A stretch of 64,000 nt of DNA. It comes from Podarcis melisellensis (taxonomy: Eukaryota). The stretch lies in assembly GCA_964234715.1 (NCBI GenBank), contig OZ174275.1. One strand, written 5' to 3'. Each line of letters starts with the position of its first letter. Positions within the stretch are counted from its first letter, which is position 1. Position numbers and translations under genes: made by a program. Below are positions 1-12,100 of the stretch, one piece after another. The notes under the pieces were generated by a model. That model was not told the origin of the DNA, searched no databases, and saw only the letters and a list, made by a program, of their open reading frames with translations.

Positions 1-314
1 AGCGGCTCCTCCATCAGGCTTAGCTCTCCGAGACCCCACTACTAATGCAGAGGTCAGGACCTGTCAGAAGGGAGCTCCACATGCACCAGGCCCAGAACAT
101 GTTTGCTTCAGAAGAGCAAGGGCTGTTTCTTGGAGATACGGAGAACAGCTAAAGTAGCCCAGGACCTCTCCTACAGGTTTATAGGGTTTGGGGGTTCATA
201 CTCTTAAAAACAGCTAGGCACCAAGTTCCACCTGCTCCAATGTGCTTCCACTGTCCAGAGAAAAGAGCTAAAGCTTCAGAATGTGCTTCAGAAGCAATTT
301 AATAACATTTTTCT

Positions 315-332
315 AATAAATGAACAAATAAA
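315..332 (+). terminator. Tandem AATAAA poly(A) signals, probably the 3' end of a convergent plus-strand gene outside the window
   Basis: AATAAA at 315-320 and 327-332 followed by a GT/T-rich tract (350-375); in human the convergent neighbour of PLEKHG3 is SPTB. Confidence 0.45.
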
Positions 333-2354
333 CCCTTCTTGGCTCCTGGATTTTGTGTGCAATTTCTGTTTGTTAAGGGCTCACCCACAGTTATCTGCAG
401 TGTGGTTAAAGACACAGGCCTAGGGGCCTGTGTGTAACACCTCTGCTCAAAACTCTAGATGTCCATTTTCCAACAGGCCAAGTTCAAAGTGTTACTATTG
501 GTACGTAAAGCCTTTACCGGATTGGGACCAGTTTACTTGCAGGATCACCTTACCCCACATGTGCCCTCTTGATGGCTTGGGTCTGCAGAACTGCCGCTGT
601 TACAGGTGCAACATAAGACCTTTTCTGCACTTTTAAGAAATCCACCTTTTCATATTGCAGCACTTGCACTTTGAAACTCCCTTCCTATTGACATCAGGCT
701 ATATTATTTTTGGCGCTTGCTTAAAACATTTCTGTTTAGGCAAGCCTATCCAGACATGGAGCAGTTACATGTGTTTTCTCTCTCTTCAGCTACTGTTATA
801 TTTAATAATGCTCTGGATGTTTTAAAATGCACATACTGAGAATTAAATGTTTATACTTTTGTAAACCCCTCAGTAAACCCCTTACAATCAAGCGATAGAT
901 AAATTTTGTCAAAATTAAGGAAAAACAAAACACCATGCAGTCATTTTGCTGCCTGGAACACCCACACCGTTTCAAGCTTACAAAAGAAAAGGGAGCACCC
1001 CCAAAAGTTATCTTGAATAGCTTTTAATGCAAAGTATCCTTGAACATGTCCAGAGATGATGCCTAAGGACCTCTAGGATAGTCTTTGGCAGGCAGAGGGA
1101 GGAATGGAGCAGGCCCTTGACATTTTCTGTTGTTTGAAACTCACCCTAAGAAGGTAGGCATTGCTTTTCTGCTGTTTGGTGGAGAAATAACCTCAAATAC
1201 TTCCCACCCCAGCTGATGAAAACCCACCATTGCACCCTGAATCCTGCCCCCGAAATCCAGAATGTGTTTGTGCCCCCCTTCTCTCAACCATCACTGCCTA
1301 CTCTTCAACCCAACATTTGATAATTAGACTGGGCAGCTGCAGCACTTTCCTGACTTGTTCCTATTTCTCCATACAGAGCTCTCCTCTAGTGGAGCTGCAT
1401 TGCTTCCTTTGGCAAAGTGTCCCATCTTAAAGACATCCAGTAGTGGGGGTGGGAACAGTGATCTTTCCAGCCTGACCAGTGAATAGAATAAATCTTCTAC
1501 CAAGGGATGTGCAGGTCTTTTAAGACCTCCTGGCACTATAGTGGATCAGAACCACACTACGTTAGCCCATGCCACTGGTGAACTTAAGAGAGCTCTGTGA
1601 TGCTCAAGACTCTTCTCAATCTTACTTCTGCAGTGAAAAATCATAGGCTGCAATCCCCCCCCCCATTCCCACCCACCCTCCAAGTGAAGAAACCACAGCC
1701 ACATTTTCTGGTCAAAAGTGGTTATTGCACAGTGCGTACAGACTGAAATGTGTACACAACCAATATTATTAAGATTATATACTATCAAACTGGGAGTCTT
1801 AGATCAACCCTCTGCCAGCCACAGTAAAATCACGCTCTTAAAAATAAAAAAGTAAAGACAAAAGATAATTTGGAACAATAACTTATGGCTATCCTATGAG
1901 ACTGAGCAACAGAAGGCTCATTCATTTCTGCTGTGGCTTGGCAAAGCAAGCATTTGGTCCTGAAGGGAAAGGAAACACCTTTTCTTAGTGGACCATATGG
2001 GTAGCTGCAAAGGAGTCTCTGAGTTGTGGTATGCCTGTCCTGATGGGAAGCTTCTCAGTGCTTCCCGGAAACGTGTGAAGAGTACTTCCCAACAGCGTGG
2101 CCAATGAAGGACAGCAACCACCTGGCTCAGAATGCACAGCCATGAGCTCAGCAACTTCCCAGAGGGTAGAGGCAGCTGGACACGAAGGTTGGAGCACAAT
2201 GAGCCAGGTGGCAATCCAGGTTGGAGGAGGAGGAAGAGACTGTCACCCGTCCTTTCTCCTCTCAAGGAGCTGGGGGAGAAAATGACGTCAACTCCAGAAC
2301 CATCCTAGTTCATAAAAGAGGGCTTAGCAGCATGGGAGCAACAGACATAGGAGC

Positions 2355-3163
2355 TCAACTGTTGGAATTGAGGGTCTGGAATTTCTCCCTCAGGTTCTTT
2401 ACCAGGCTCTGCTGGCTGCTGTCTGTTTTCTCCCGGCAAACCTGCTGAAGTGCTTTGTGGGGAGCTGCTTCCTGGAGGTCCTCCTCACGCCTGCGGTATT
2501 CTTCTGAGTCCTGGTAGGCCTTGCACCTCTCCACCACGGCCTTGAGAGAGATCTTCTCCCGGGAAGTAGGGGAGCGGATCTGCACATAGCTCTCGTCCGG
2601 GTCGACAGTCACATCCAGCAGCTTTTCCATGACAACCACTCGCTGACGGTTCTCCAGAGAGGTCTCAGCCGTAACACTCAATTCCTTGTGCGCGTCGCAG
2701 GCGTGGCCCTGGAGGATGGAGTCCAGTGGAGCTTCCCTTTTGCAGCCTGGAATGCCCCCTTGCTGGGGTTTGTCCGCTGCCTTCACAATCCTCTTGGAGC
2801 ACTGGTGCTCCTCCAGAGCTCTACCAGCTGTATCCACCATTTTTTCAGGAGCTGAGCGGCTCCTGTTGACGGGTGGCGGCCTGCACTTCTGATTCCCTGA
2901 TGGACAGGAATATTTGGACCTGAGCTCCCGCACGTCCGGCCAGTTGAACTTCTCAGCTACGACGGGGCTGAGGGGGCTGCAAGACAGGGTGCTGCTGGTG
3001 GGGGAGGCAAGCCGCGGGCTGCTGGAGGAGGGGCTGAAAGAGAAGCGCTTGGGGGACTTCTCCAGGGACGAGGTTGACGATGCGGGGAGAGTCAGTGGGC
3101 TGGCCTCCTGCAGCAATACTTGCTCGTAAGTATTGGGGAGGGTCAAGGCTGGCTTCCGTTTGC
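2355..3163 (-). CDS. PLEKHG3: PLEKHG3 terminal coding exon
   Basis: ttctag|GC AAA CGG AAG; [35 protein letters not shown]-stop. Confidence 0.95.
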
Positions 3164-6100
3164 CTAGAAGAAAAACCAACAAGGAATGAGTGAGGCAGCA
3201 ATAAGGCAAGGGGTTTGCTGGGTGGGTGGGCTGCAACGGTGGTCCCCCTCACTCCCCAATCTCAGTAGCTCCATTTTTGTCGGCTGAACAGCAGCTATGC
3301 TGTTTCCCTTTAAAACAGCAAGGAGGGAAGAGGGCTCCCAGAGGCTGTTCCGCTTGATGAGTCGAGAATTGCCAAGTTCTTGGGCATTTTGGTGAGGACC
3401 CTTGTTAAAATATCCTAGAGGTGGAGGTTTGTCCTGGTGGAAATCTTTCGTATTCAGATACATCCAAGCCAGAAAGATCCCTCCCCGTTCACCTCTACAA
3501 TCCCCTCTGGGGCCTCCATCAATTCCATCTCAGAGATATACAGTAGCTGGGTGCGGCACCCGGGGCTTCTCCAACAGAGGGAGAAGCAATGGAATTAATT
3601 GAATTAAGCTAAATCAGGCTGGAAAACTTTTCTCGGCTCAAGGGCCAGAAACAACTCCTACCTTTGCACTGTTAACTACATTTCAGAGGTTGCTATAGTG
3701 CCCCCTACCCTCTCTGGCCAGGCATCACACTTCAAGGGCACATTCCGGTCAGGAAAGAGCACCTGAGGAAGGTGTGGATCAGGCCTGGATAAGGGCTGCG
3801 GCCAGGGGAAGGAGGAAGGTGTGTGTGGCTAGGACAGAGAGCTCTGAGGGGACTGGATACACTGGGGCAAGAGTTCCCCCAGCACTGAGAAAAAGGCAGA
3901 GTTCAGCAGTGAGTGCAGCCCAATGCAGGAACAGGCTGGAGAGACGGAACCCCCTTCCTTCAGTTCAGACCATTTACATTTTCTCCTACATACCAAGAAA
4001 GAGAGTTTTCTCCCCAGAACGTCTCTTTCTATCTCTAGCATCTACAGATCTGCAAATCTGTTCTCTTTGCATGATGTTTACAAACTGTGCTTTTTCCCGG
4101 TTTGGGGGTTGGACAGTGCTCACCAAACACAACTGCCCCAGGGAAGGAAACAGGAGCATGGAAAGCTGTCTTGAGGATGCTGGGAGGTCTGAAAAACAGG
4201 CGACCCACTTGGGCTTTTGCCGTTAAAGTAGCACAGGTTCATGGTTTTGAGCAGCCACAAAAATGTGGCGTGTGCACTGCCTCTTGTGTCCTTCCCTGCC
4301 CAGGTGATATTCCTCTGGCCCAGCAAGTGGCACTTGGCTCTGGCTGTCAAAGAGTTCTGCTCTAGAATATAAACTCCTCTGGAAACAGAATCCACTACTA
4401 CTATTGTAATAAGCACACTTCAGTATATATTTTTTTAAAAAATGTGGCTCTTAAAACATTCAATATATTATAGTTTACAACTGTTTTATATCTATCTGAC
4501 ACTTTGTGAATCTTTATTTTTGGTGGATGTTGCTGGTGGGGTGTTTTTAATGAAGGCTGCTACCTCCCACGAGCCCAAGAGGAAAGGACAAGTCATTAAT
4601 CTAAAACTTTAAAATATAAGTCACAATGAATCTCCTATATTTATGCTCACAGCTGTGGCTTCTGAAATTCATATAATATGAACAATGAGGTCCTGCCTGT
4701 GATAGCACAGTGCCCTCTGGCCAATACATACCCTTGCTTTTCTTATCTGCCTCCGGCTGGACAGTCAAGGTATTGCCTTTCATCTCCTCCTCCAGCTCAG
4801 CAAGCCTCCTATGCGCTGCAGGCTTCTGGCCCTTGATTCGGAGGCTGTACTGGCGGGCCAGCTGGTAGACCTTGTTCTTCACCTTCTCCGCCAGCTCTGC
4901 CTCCGTCAGGTGGGCCAGCTGCATTATCCGGGGGTGCAAGCGGGGGAGGTACCGATCTTGCTCAGAGCCCCCTAGCTCATGGGCCAGCTTCCAGGGCTTC
5001 CTAGAAGGCGCAGCCCGCTCCACGGGAGACTTGCTCTCAGGCGAGGGCACCGCCGACTCCTCTGTGATGGCCCCAAGATCCTCGTCCTCCAGGATGAGAA
5101 GCGGCTCGTGGAGGTCAAAGCCGTTCTCCTGGCCACGGAGCCTCTCCGCGTGCCGCAGAGAGGAGCCCCCGGCCACCTGCCCATTCGCCGTGCCTGGCCG
5201 AGTGACACCTTCAGGCCTCCTACTCCAGCCCTCTCCGCTCGGCTTCTCCATCTCCTCCCATATTTTAATCATCTCAGCCGGCGGCCTGAACTCCGCTTCC
5301 GTGATGGGCAGGGGGCTTCCAGCAGAGGCTGCCTCGGAGCGGGGGGCCTGTAGCCCAGCCCCGGGTCTATTTGACAACACCCAGGCTGCTGTGGGGCCAG
5401 CCCCACCACTGGCAGGGCCCCCTGGCCTCTTGTGCTTCAGCCCCTCCTGCTCTGGCTCTGGCTGGGGAAGGCTGTTGATCCTGAAGACGGAATTCCTCAC
5501 CATCCCTTTGGGAATGTAGGACAGGCTCTCCCGCCGCCTGACGCTGAAGCCGGCATCCTGGTGCTCCGCGTAATCGTAGTAGTTCTTGATCTTGTCTAGC
5601 AGCAGCCGGTCCTGATGGGAGAGCATGGACTCCTTCCGCTTGCAGGAGGCATGGTCCGTCTCGAGCAGCCCAGGCGAGGCAGCCCCGCTGCAGGCACTGC
5701 TGGGCTCACCCGGGGGCTCTTGCGGCAGGGAGTCTGTGGTGCTGTTCGTGCGACATCCGGCCTTCTCGCTGCCGTCCAGGCTCAAGACGCTGCCACTGCG
5801 GCTAGCCTGCTTTGGAGTCAGGTGGCCCTTGCCCTCCTCGAGTGCCAGGCTGCTGCGGCGAGAGAGGCTGCTGGCAAAGCGCTCTGCAATGACGCTGGCC
5901 TGATCCAGCACAGAGAAAGGGAGGATGCTTCTGGTCTGGGGTGCACGTCTGTCCTCCTCCTCTTCCTCCTCTTCTTCTTCCTCCTCCTCGCTACTAAGCG
6001 GCTTCAGTTCAGTATGTTCAGTGGGCTCCAGGCTATCTGAACGCTGTTGATTCAGGGTCCCCCACTGGCCTGCCAGGACTGGCTCTGGGTTGCCCACCGA

Positions 6101-9100
6101 CTCGGGGTCTGAAGGACCCTCTTCCAGGTACTCTTCCTTAAGGGGAGAAGCTTCTAGGACCATGCTGAGTTCGATGGCTGACCGCACCTAGGAAGAGAAG
6201 GAAAGTTGTGCACACTTAACGCACAACCCCAAAAATGGTGGTCTTGCAGATAAACAGTTTAAGGGATAAGTTAATAGTCACTACTCAAATGCAACCAACT
6301 CTTGAACCCAGCAAATATGTTGGCTTCTAAGGCAGGGAACCCACCAACCACTAAGTTGACTCAACAGCAGACAGAAATATTGCTCATTTTTATGTCGTAT
6401 CTTCTGGGGACAATGTGGAGCATCCATTGGAAATGACAATGGCATAGATGGCATAGTATGGGCACTGCGTCTGGGAAGTGGAATGTCCAGGAGCCTTTGG
6501 CTTTGAATCCTATTTTTAGTGTTAAGGGCCAAGAGTTTCCCTGTCTCAAAATTGGCATGAGCAGAAATTCCATTCTCCCCAAGGAATGTAAGAAGCTGCC
6601 TGACAGAGCAGACAGTCCTAACCTGGATGGACCTGTGATCTCCCTGGTTGAGGCTCTCCAGGGTTTCAGAAGGGACATTCCCAGCCCTCTCTGGAGATGC
6701 CAGAGACTGAACCTGGGAGCTCTACCCACTGAGCAATAGCACTTCCCCAAACAGCAACTCTGCCAACCACCAACCACTCACCTTTGGGACAGATGAGACA
6801 TTATCCCCGACCCTGTTTTTCTCACCACTGCTGCCTGGCGACTGGTATTGCTTGGGCCCTTCCTGTGCCTTGTGGCTCTTGGCCTGAACCAAAACAAAAA
6901 TATTAGAGAGTTGAGTACATGCTACTGGGAAGAAGCCATTTGACGAGCAGCCAAACATCCCTAGCCATTGTTATTTGTCATTCTGAAACACCATATGACT
7001 TTACAGTGTCCCAGATAGCTTAAATGCATCACGAGTGCCCACGCAGGTCCAAGTCCAATATTCTAGCCATTGGACGCAGCAACAAAAACCACCTGATGTC
7101 GCATCCATCAGCCTTGCAAGCAGCAGGTGAACGCAAGTGCTGGTGGCTCTGGTTCACTTGCTGCCCTGGCACAGAGGAGCCTTGCAGTTGCTTAAGCCAG
7201 CCCCAATTTCATCCAGGAACACAGCTTTCCCAAGCAGACTCTCTACACGTCTTGCAGCACTTTGGTGTGGCCGGTGGAGTGCACTAGCTAAAAACTGCAG
7301 GCTGATAAACTATCTGGAAGGTGCACAGTTAGTGCTGGATCCAGGGATGGTCCAATAGCACAGGCAACAGGACTTGGAAGAGGATCCTGCTTAACGTTAG
7401 CTTCGTCTCATTATCAAGCTGCTAACGTGGAAGAACCTTCCTGGCAAGAGGACAGGGAATGGCAGGAAAAGGACCTCCCACAGATACAGAGATGGTAAGA
7501 CCTAAAGAGCCTCTTTTGTTATCAAGCCACAAATCTTGTTAGCCCCCGTGAAGGACTGCACAAAAGCACCAAGTCAGTCAGTAGTATCACCGAAGGGTTA
7601 AAACAGCTGCAAAAGAAACCACAAGGGAACCTCTGGGGCTGTCCCACATCTGATTAATGGGAAGATGGCACAGAAGGAACGGAGGGCAGCCACGAGCCAT
7701 GCAGCAAGCCAGCATGCAGGAGGGAGACGCAGCAGGGGTTGAACAGGCACCTCACCGTGCTGCCCCAGGAGAAAAGCAAAGCGTTGGCCCGATAGTGCCA
7801 GCAGTGGAGGACGGCCATCAAGGAGCTTGCAAAGTCTGCCACCTGCTCCGTTCCTACCAGCCTCTCCTCCTCTTCCTCCTCCTCTTCGTCTTCTTCCTCC
7901 GGCCCCATATCCTTCTCGCTGCCATCGCTTTCAGCCAACTCTTCCAGAGATTCCTGGGGAAGGGCCTGCCGATCCTGCTGCTGCTGCGGCAAGCTGTTGG
8001 TGGGGAGCGAGGGCTCCCCAAACTCCAAAAGGGCTCCATCACTGCCTGCATGCTACGTGAAGTGAGGGCAAGCAGGGGCTTTTAGAAAGGCCCCAGAGCT
8101 GGGGCACCAACAGAGACACCGCTTAGGGTGCCTTTTCCTCAACCTGCGCTCGATCGCTGCCTGCTCAACATGTGAGCAGAAGCACACAGCTTAGAGCTGT
8201 GAGAAGCTTACTGGCCACCCTATGGGAGATGGCAGTGGTCAGAGGGAAATGTCAATTTGTTATTAAAATGAATAATGGCCCCTGCACCAACATTTACCCC
8301 AGAGCCGTTTACCTTTAAGGTGGCGTTTTGGTAAGGGACCCAAAGCCCATCGCATGTCACCCAAGACTTTAATTTCCTTAGAAAGGGAAGACCCTTCTTT
8401 TCCCTCATTTATTTTGTCTTCTAGAATTTCTGTCTCTTACCTTTAGTCCTATTGCCAGATTTGCAGCACAGGAAGAAGGAGGGGGAAAAAAGAAGCCATT
8501 AGGGGAAAGGTGAGATCTTGTTTCCCTGCCCAGGTAGTCTTCCTCCCTATTTCCCAATCTCCATTTCAGGCACACTCTTATTCTATATAAGCAGCAGACA
8601 CAGCAAACATGCTGGCAGAGAGCCATTTTTACATCACTTATATCTTATTACAGTCCCTTCCAGTGGCTGTGGGTCCCCTGAGAAGGCAGTGGGTCAGCCA
8701 CAAGGCAACAGGAAGAAGTCACTGCTGAAGGAGTGACTGAGTAAAGAAACAATTCAGGCTCATACACTTTGAGCAGGGGTGGGGAAACGTCAACCCTTCG
8801 CCAGCCTTGCTCTCTGGGGCTGGTGGGAGTCCAGTCCAACAACATCTGGAGGGCTCCAGGTTCCCCCATCCCTGCCTTTCAGCATCTAAGGTGCCTTGTT
8901 TAGCAATATAGAATTGCCCTGTGCTCAAAACTGCTAGCTGTAATAAATCTGAGATAGGAGTGACCATTGGCATAAGGACGGGCACCTGTCAAATCCCACC
9001 CACACTGGTCAAGTAAACCTGGGACTGAGAAATCTACTCAGTACAGAGCTTCTTCCTCCTAGGCTGGGGGGATGTGGGAAAGGGGGACATCCACTCACCT

Positions 9101-12100
9101 CTGTTGCTCAGTTGCTTGAGAATCTGTTTTGTTGGTTCTGCAATGAAAGGAAAGTTTGCGAGTTGAGTTCTTGAAATGCTGGTTCAGAGCCCAGAAATAC
9201 CAGAAAGAGGTGGGGAGAACCCCGGCACCAGCCTCAGCCCGCCACCTCTGCCCCTCCAGAAGGAAACACCTTGAAGCATCTGAGTGAAGTGCAGAACAGC
9301 ACTAGCCTCCTCTGTGCAGTGCAGAACAAGCCTCTCAGAGAACAGCATCACCAGTCTTTCACCTGTCAAGGACCACACCTAATCCCTCCATCCCTGTCCA
9401 ATCACAGGCCTTCAGGGGAGTCCCGGTTCTCCATGGCTCAGACATATGGCTCTTATCCACAAAGAGCAGTGTGTTCAGTATTGTGGACCCGATTTTATAG
9501 AATGCCCTTCCAGTTGAGGTCAGACTGGACCCCTCTCTGTTGGACTTCCAGTGCCTAAAGATGACTTTTTAAATTATTATTCCAACAGGAGCTTTTGGTA
9601 GTTTGATTTTCTAGTTTTAACCAGGTTTTACCTTTTCTGTATCCTGTTCCTTGCACACTGCTTAAAGACTATTGTAGTTAAGCGGTATATAAATTGTTTA
9701 AATTTAAATAAATAAATCTGTGCTTGCAAGCCACCAAGACTAAATGAACTAGGAGGCCAAATAAACCAGCAGATTTTTAAAAAGTGAGCCCTGTCTCTCA
9801 CCCACTCTTCTACAGAAGGGGCTGTGTATACTCCAGCAGCAAATAAAAATAAAAATCCAGATTCTGCTGCCCAGAATCAGACACCTCCCCCCTGCAAACT
9901 CAGCAGTTTCTTTTTATGCAGGATTTATTCCACTTTGACAATCCAAGCTGGACTGCAAATAAGATGAAAGGAGGCCAAAAGCCCAGGCAGGAAACAGGGT
10001 GTCCCATTTTCCAGGTGCCTGAAGCCCTGTTCGCCCTTCTTAGGCTTCTATGATTTCAAGAGACATTTCCCACATCTTTTCAGAAGCCACAAGAACTTCA
10101 CATTTACTGTGTCTGGTGCTATTGCATTTCAAATGGGGAACTTCAGGGTCAGGGGCCCAAATGCAGCCCTCTAGGTCTATCTGAACCTCCAGTCTCTCTC
10201 CAGGCCTCATCTTTCAACAGTCTTGCTTTGACCCTCCCTTGAGTGTTTTTGCCTGGCTGGAATGTGTCCTTGAACCATGCTAATGCCCCTTACTTGCCTG
10301 GAGTGTGTGTCAAAACTGGCCTACTCTAAAAAGGTAACCTTCAGCCATTGCTCCACCCACTTTTGCCTCTGGCCCTGCCCACCAATGACATGCGGCCCCT
10401 GGAAGATTGTCCAAAAGTGAATGCAGCCCCTGAGCTAAAAGGGTTTCCCACCCCTGATTTAACATGCACTAATGTAGAATTAATCTAAATAAGCAACTAC
10501 GAAGAGGGAATGATGTTGGGTAACATATGGGTGTGATCAGATTTTTGAATATTGAGTTGACTGTATACTGTAATTAGTATTCTTTTGACACATGTGCAAA
10601 TTAATTGAATTATTGTTCTCCTTGTAGAACATGGTTTATTTTCTATGCTGGCTTCGCTAAATGAAATTAACTATGTAGGTTCTATAATTAGTAGTATAGT
10701 TGATAAAAGAAAAAGAGAGGAGCAAAAAATGGGATTCTCGCAATTCTGTGTCAGATACCAATTTGTGAACTCATGGAATAAACACAGCCCTGCCTATAGA
10801 GCTTAAAAGCCAGAGCATCATCTATAACGTTCGCTGGAGACTGAGAGGCATGTTCAGCCATCATCGTGCCCAGGAGGCAAAGCCCATAAGCTACTCCGCA
10901 GTAAGGTTTGACCCAAAGAGCTCCACTTGCTTGCTCCCAGCCCCACAACACCAGATGGCAGAGCCCCTTCGTGCCACATGCTAAATGAGTGGAGCCCGCA
11001 CCAGATTTCCTGCGGCCTTTACGCTCGAGTCCATCTAGGAGCCTCTCAGCAGTGTTTTTGCCACGGAAAGGCTCTAAGGATAGGATATAAGATACCTGTT
11101 AGAGTCAATACCATTCTGCTGGGGACGTTACTAAAGCCCTGCCTTGCTGGGGCCTGCACCACACTAGGGATGCAGTGACTCAGTGCAGCGGTGCACCTGG
11201 ACCAGCGTCAGCCGTCGGCATCCTTGGGCACCTGCTGAGGATCCATCGCTGCCACCTCTGCTGCCCCAGATTCCCTTGTTTGCCACTTTGATGAACACAA
11301 TGCTGAATTGCCCACAATGCCCCCGAACAATGTACTGGGGGCAAGTACAATGGCAATGGCTTGGTACCCAGAGAGGTGCTGCTACCACTGCCCTTGCCTT
11401 CCTCCTTTGGTAAGCGTACTTGCCCACCTCATGTCCATTGGAAAGGGAGGAGGTGGAAGTGGTGATGCTAGGGGAGAAGAACTGCCTGCTGCTGGGGGGT
11501 GGGGGGAGCATAAGAGGAACCTATGCTGTATGGTCCTATACTGCTGCCAGTTGCAGTCTGTACTAGATTATTTGTAGGGTCTCCTTCCAACTCTCTGGGC
11601 CATTCTAGATTATTTTCAGGGAACAAAGAGCATGTTGTTTTGACACTCTTGTTGCAGGCATAAATATTACGTTGTGTTTTACTCAGAGCAGACCTGTTGA
11701 AATTAATGAACACAACTACATTAGGTCCATAATACCACCCAATAGCTATTTAAGAGGCCCATTTTCTCAACACTCCTGGAAAAACCTTTTAACGATCTGC
11801 TTTTAACAAGCAGGTGCCCTTCAGAAGATCCTCTAGCGAGCTCTCTTTTTAGAAGCTGTCTAGGCTTGCAGCACCCAAGACTTGAGCTCAGCAGTTCTCT
11901 CTTGACACAGCAATCAAACAATGCACACAGGACCTCAGCACACTTTTACACGCCACAAACTCAGCCCAGCACACAGAGACCCACAGGCATCTACTAGAAT
12001 TGCAAGTTGCAAAAGCAGGCCATGATGTGTGTGGTTGCTCCCCATCCCAAAAAAACCTATGCTGTGTAAGGAGTTGTTGACAGCAAGAGCACCCTTTATT

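Noticed and set aside
4872-6040. Plus-strand ORFs of 215, 124, 141 and 92 aa
   Set aside because: Antisense shadows of the GC-rich PLEKHG3 exon 17.
11090-11097. GTATCTT resembling a U12 donor on the minus strand
   Set aside because: Deviates from GTATCCTT and lies within the 3' splice region of the 72-nt exon.
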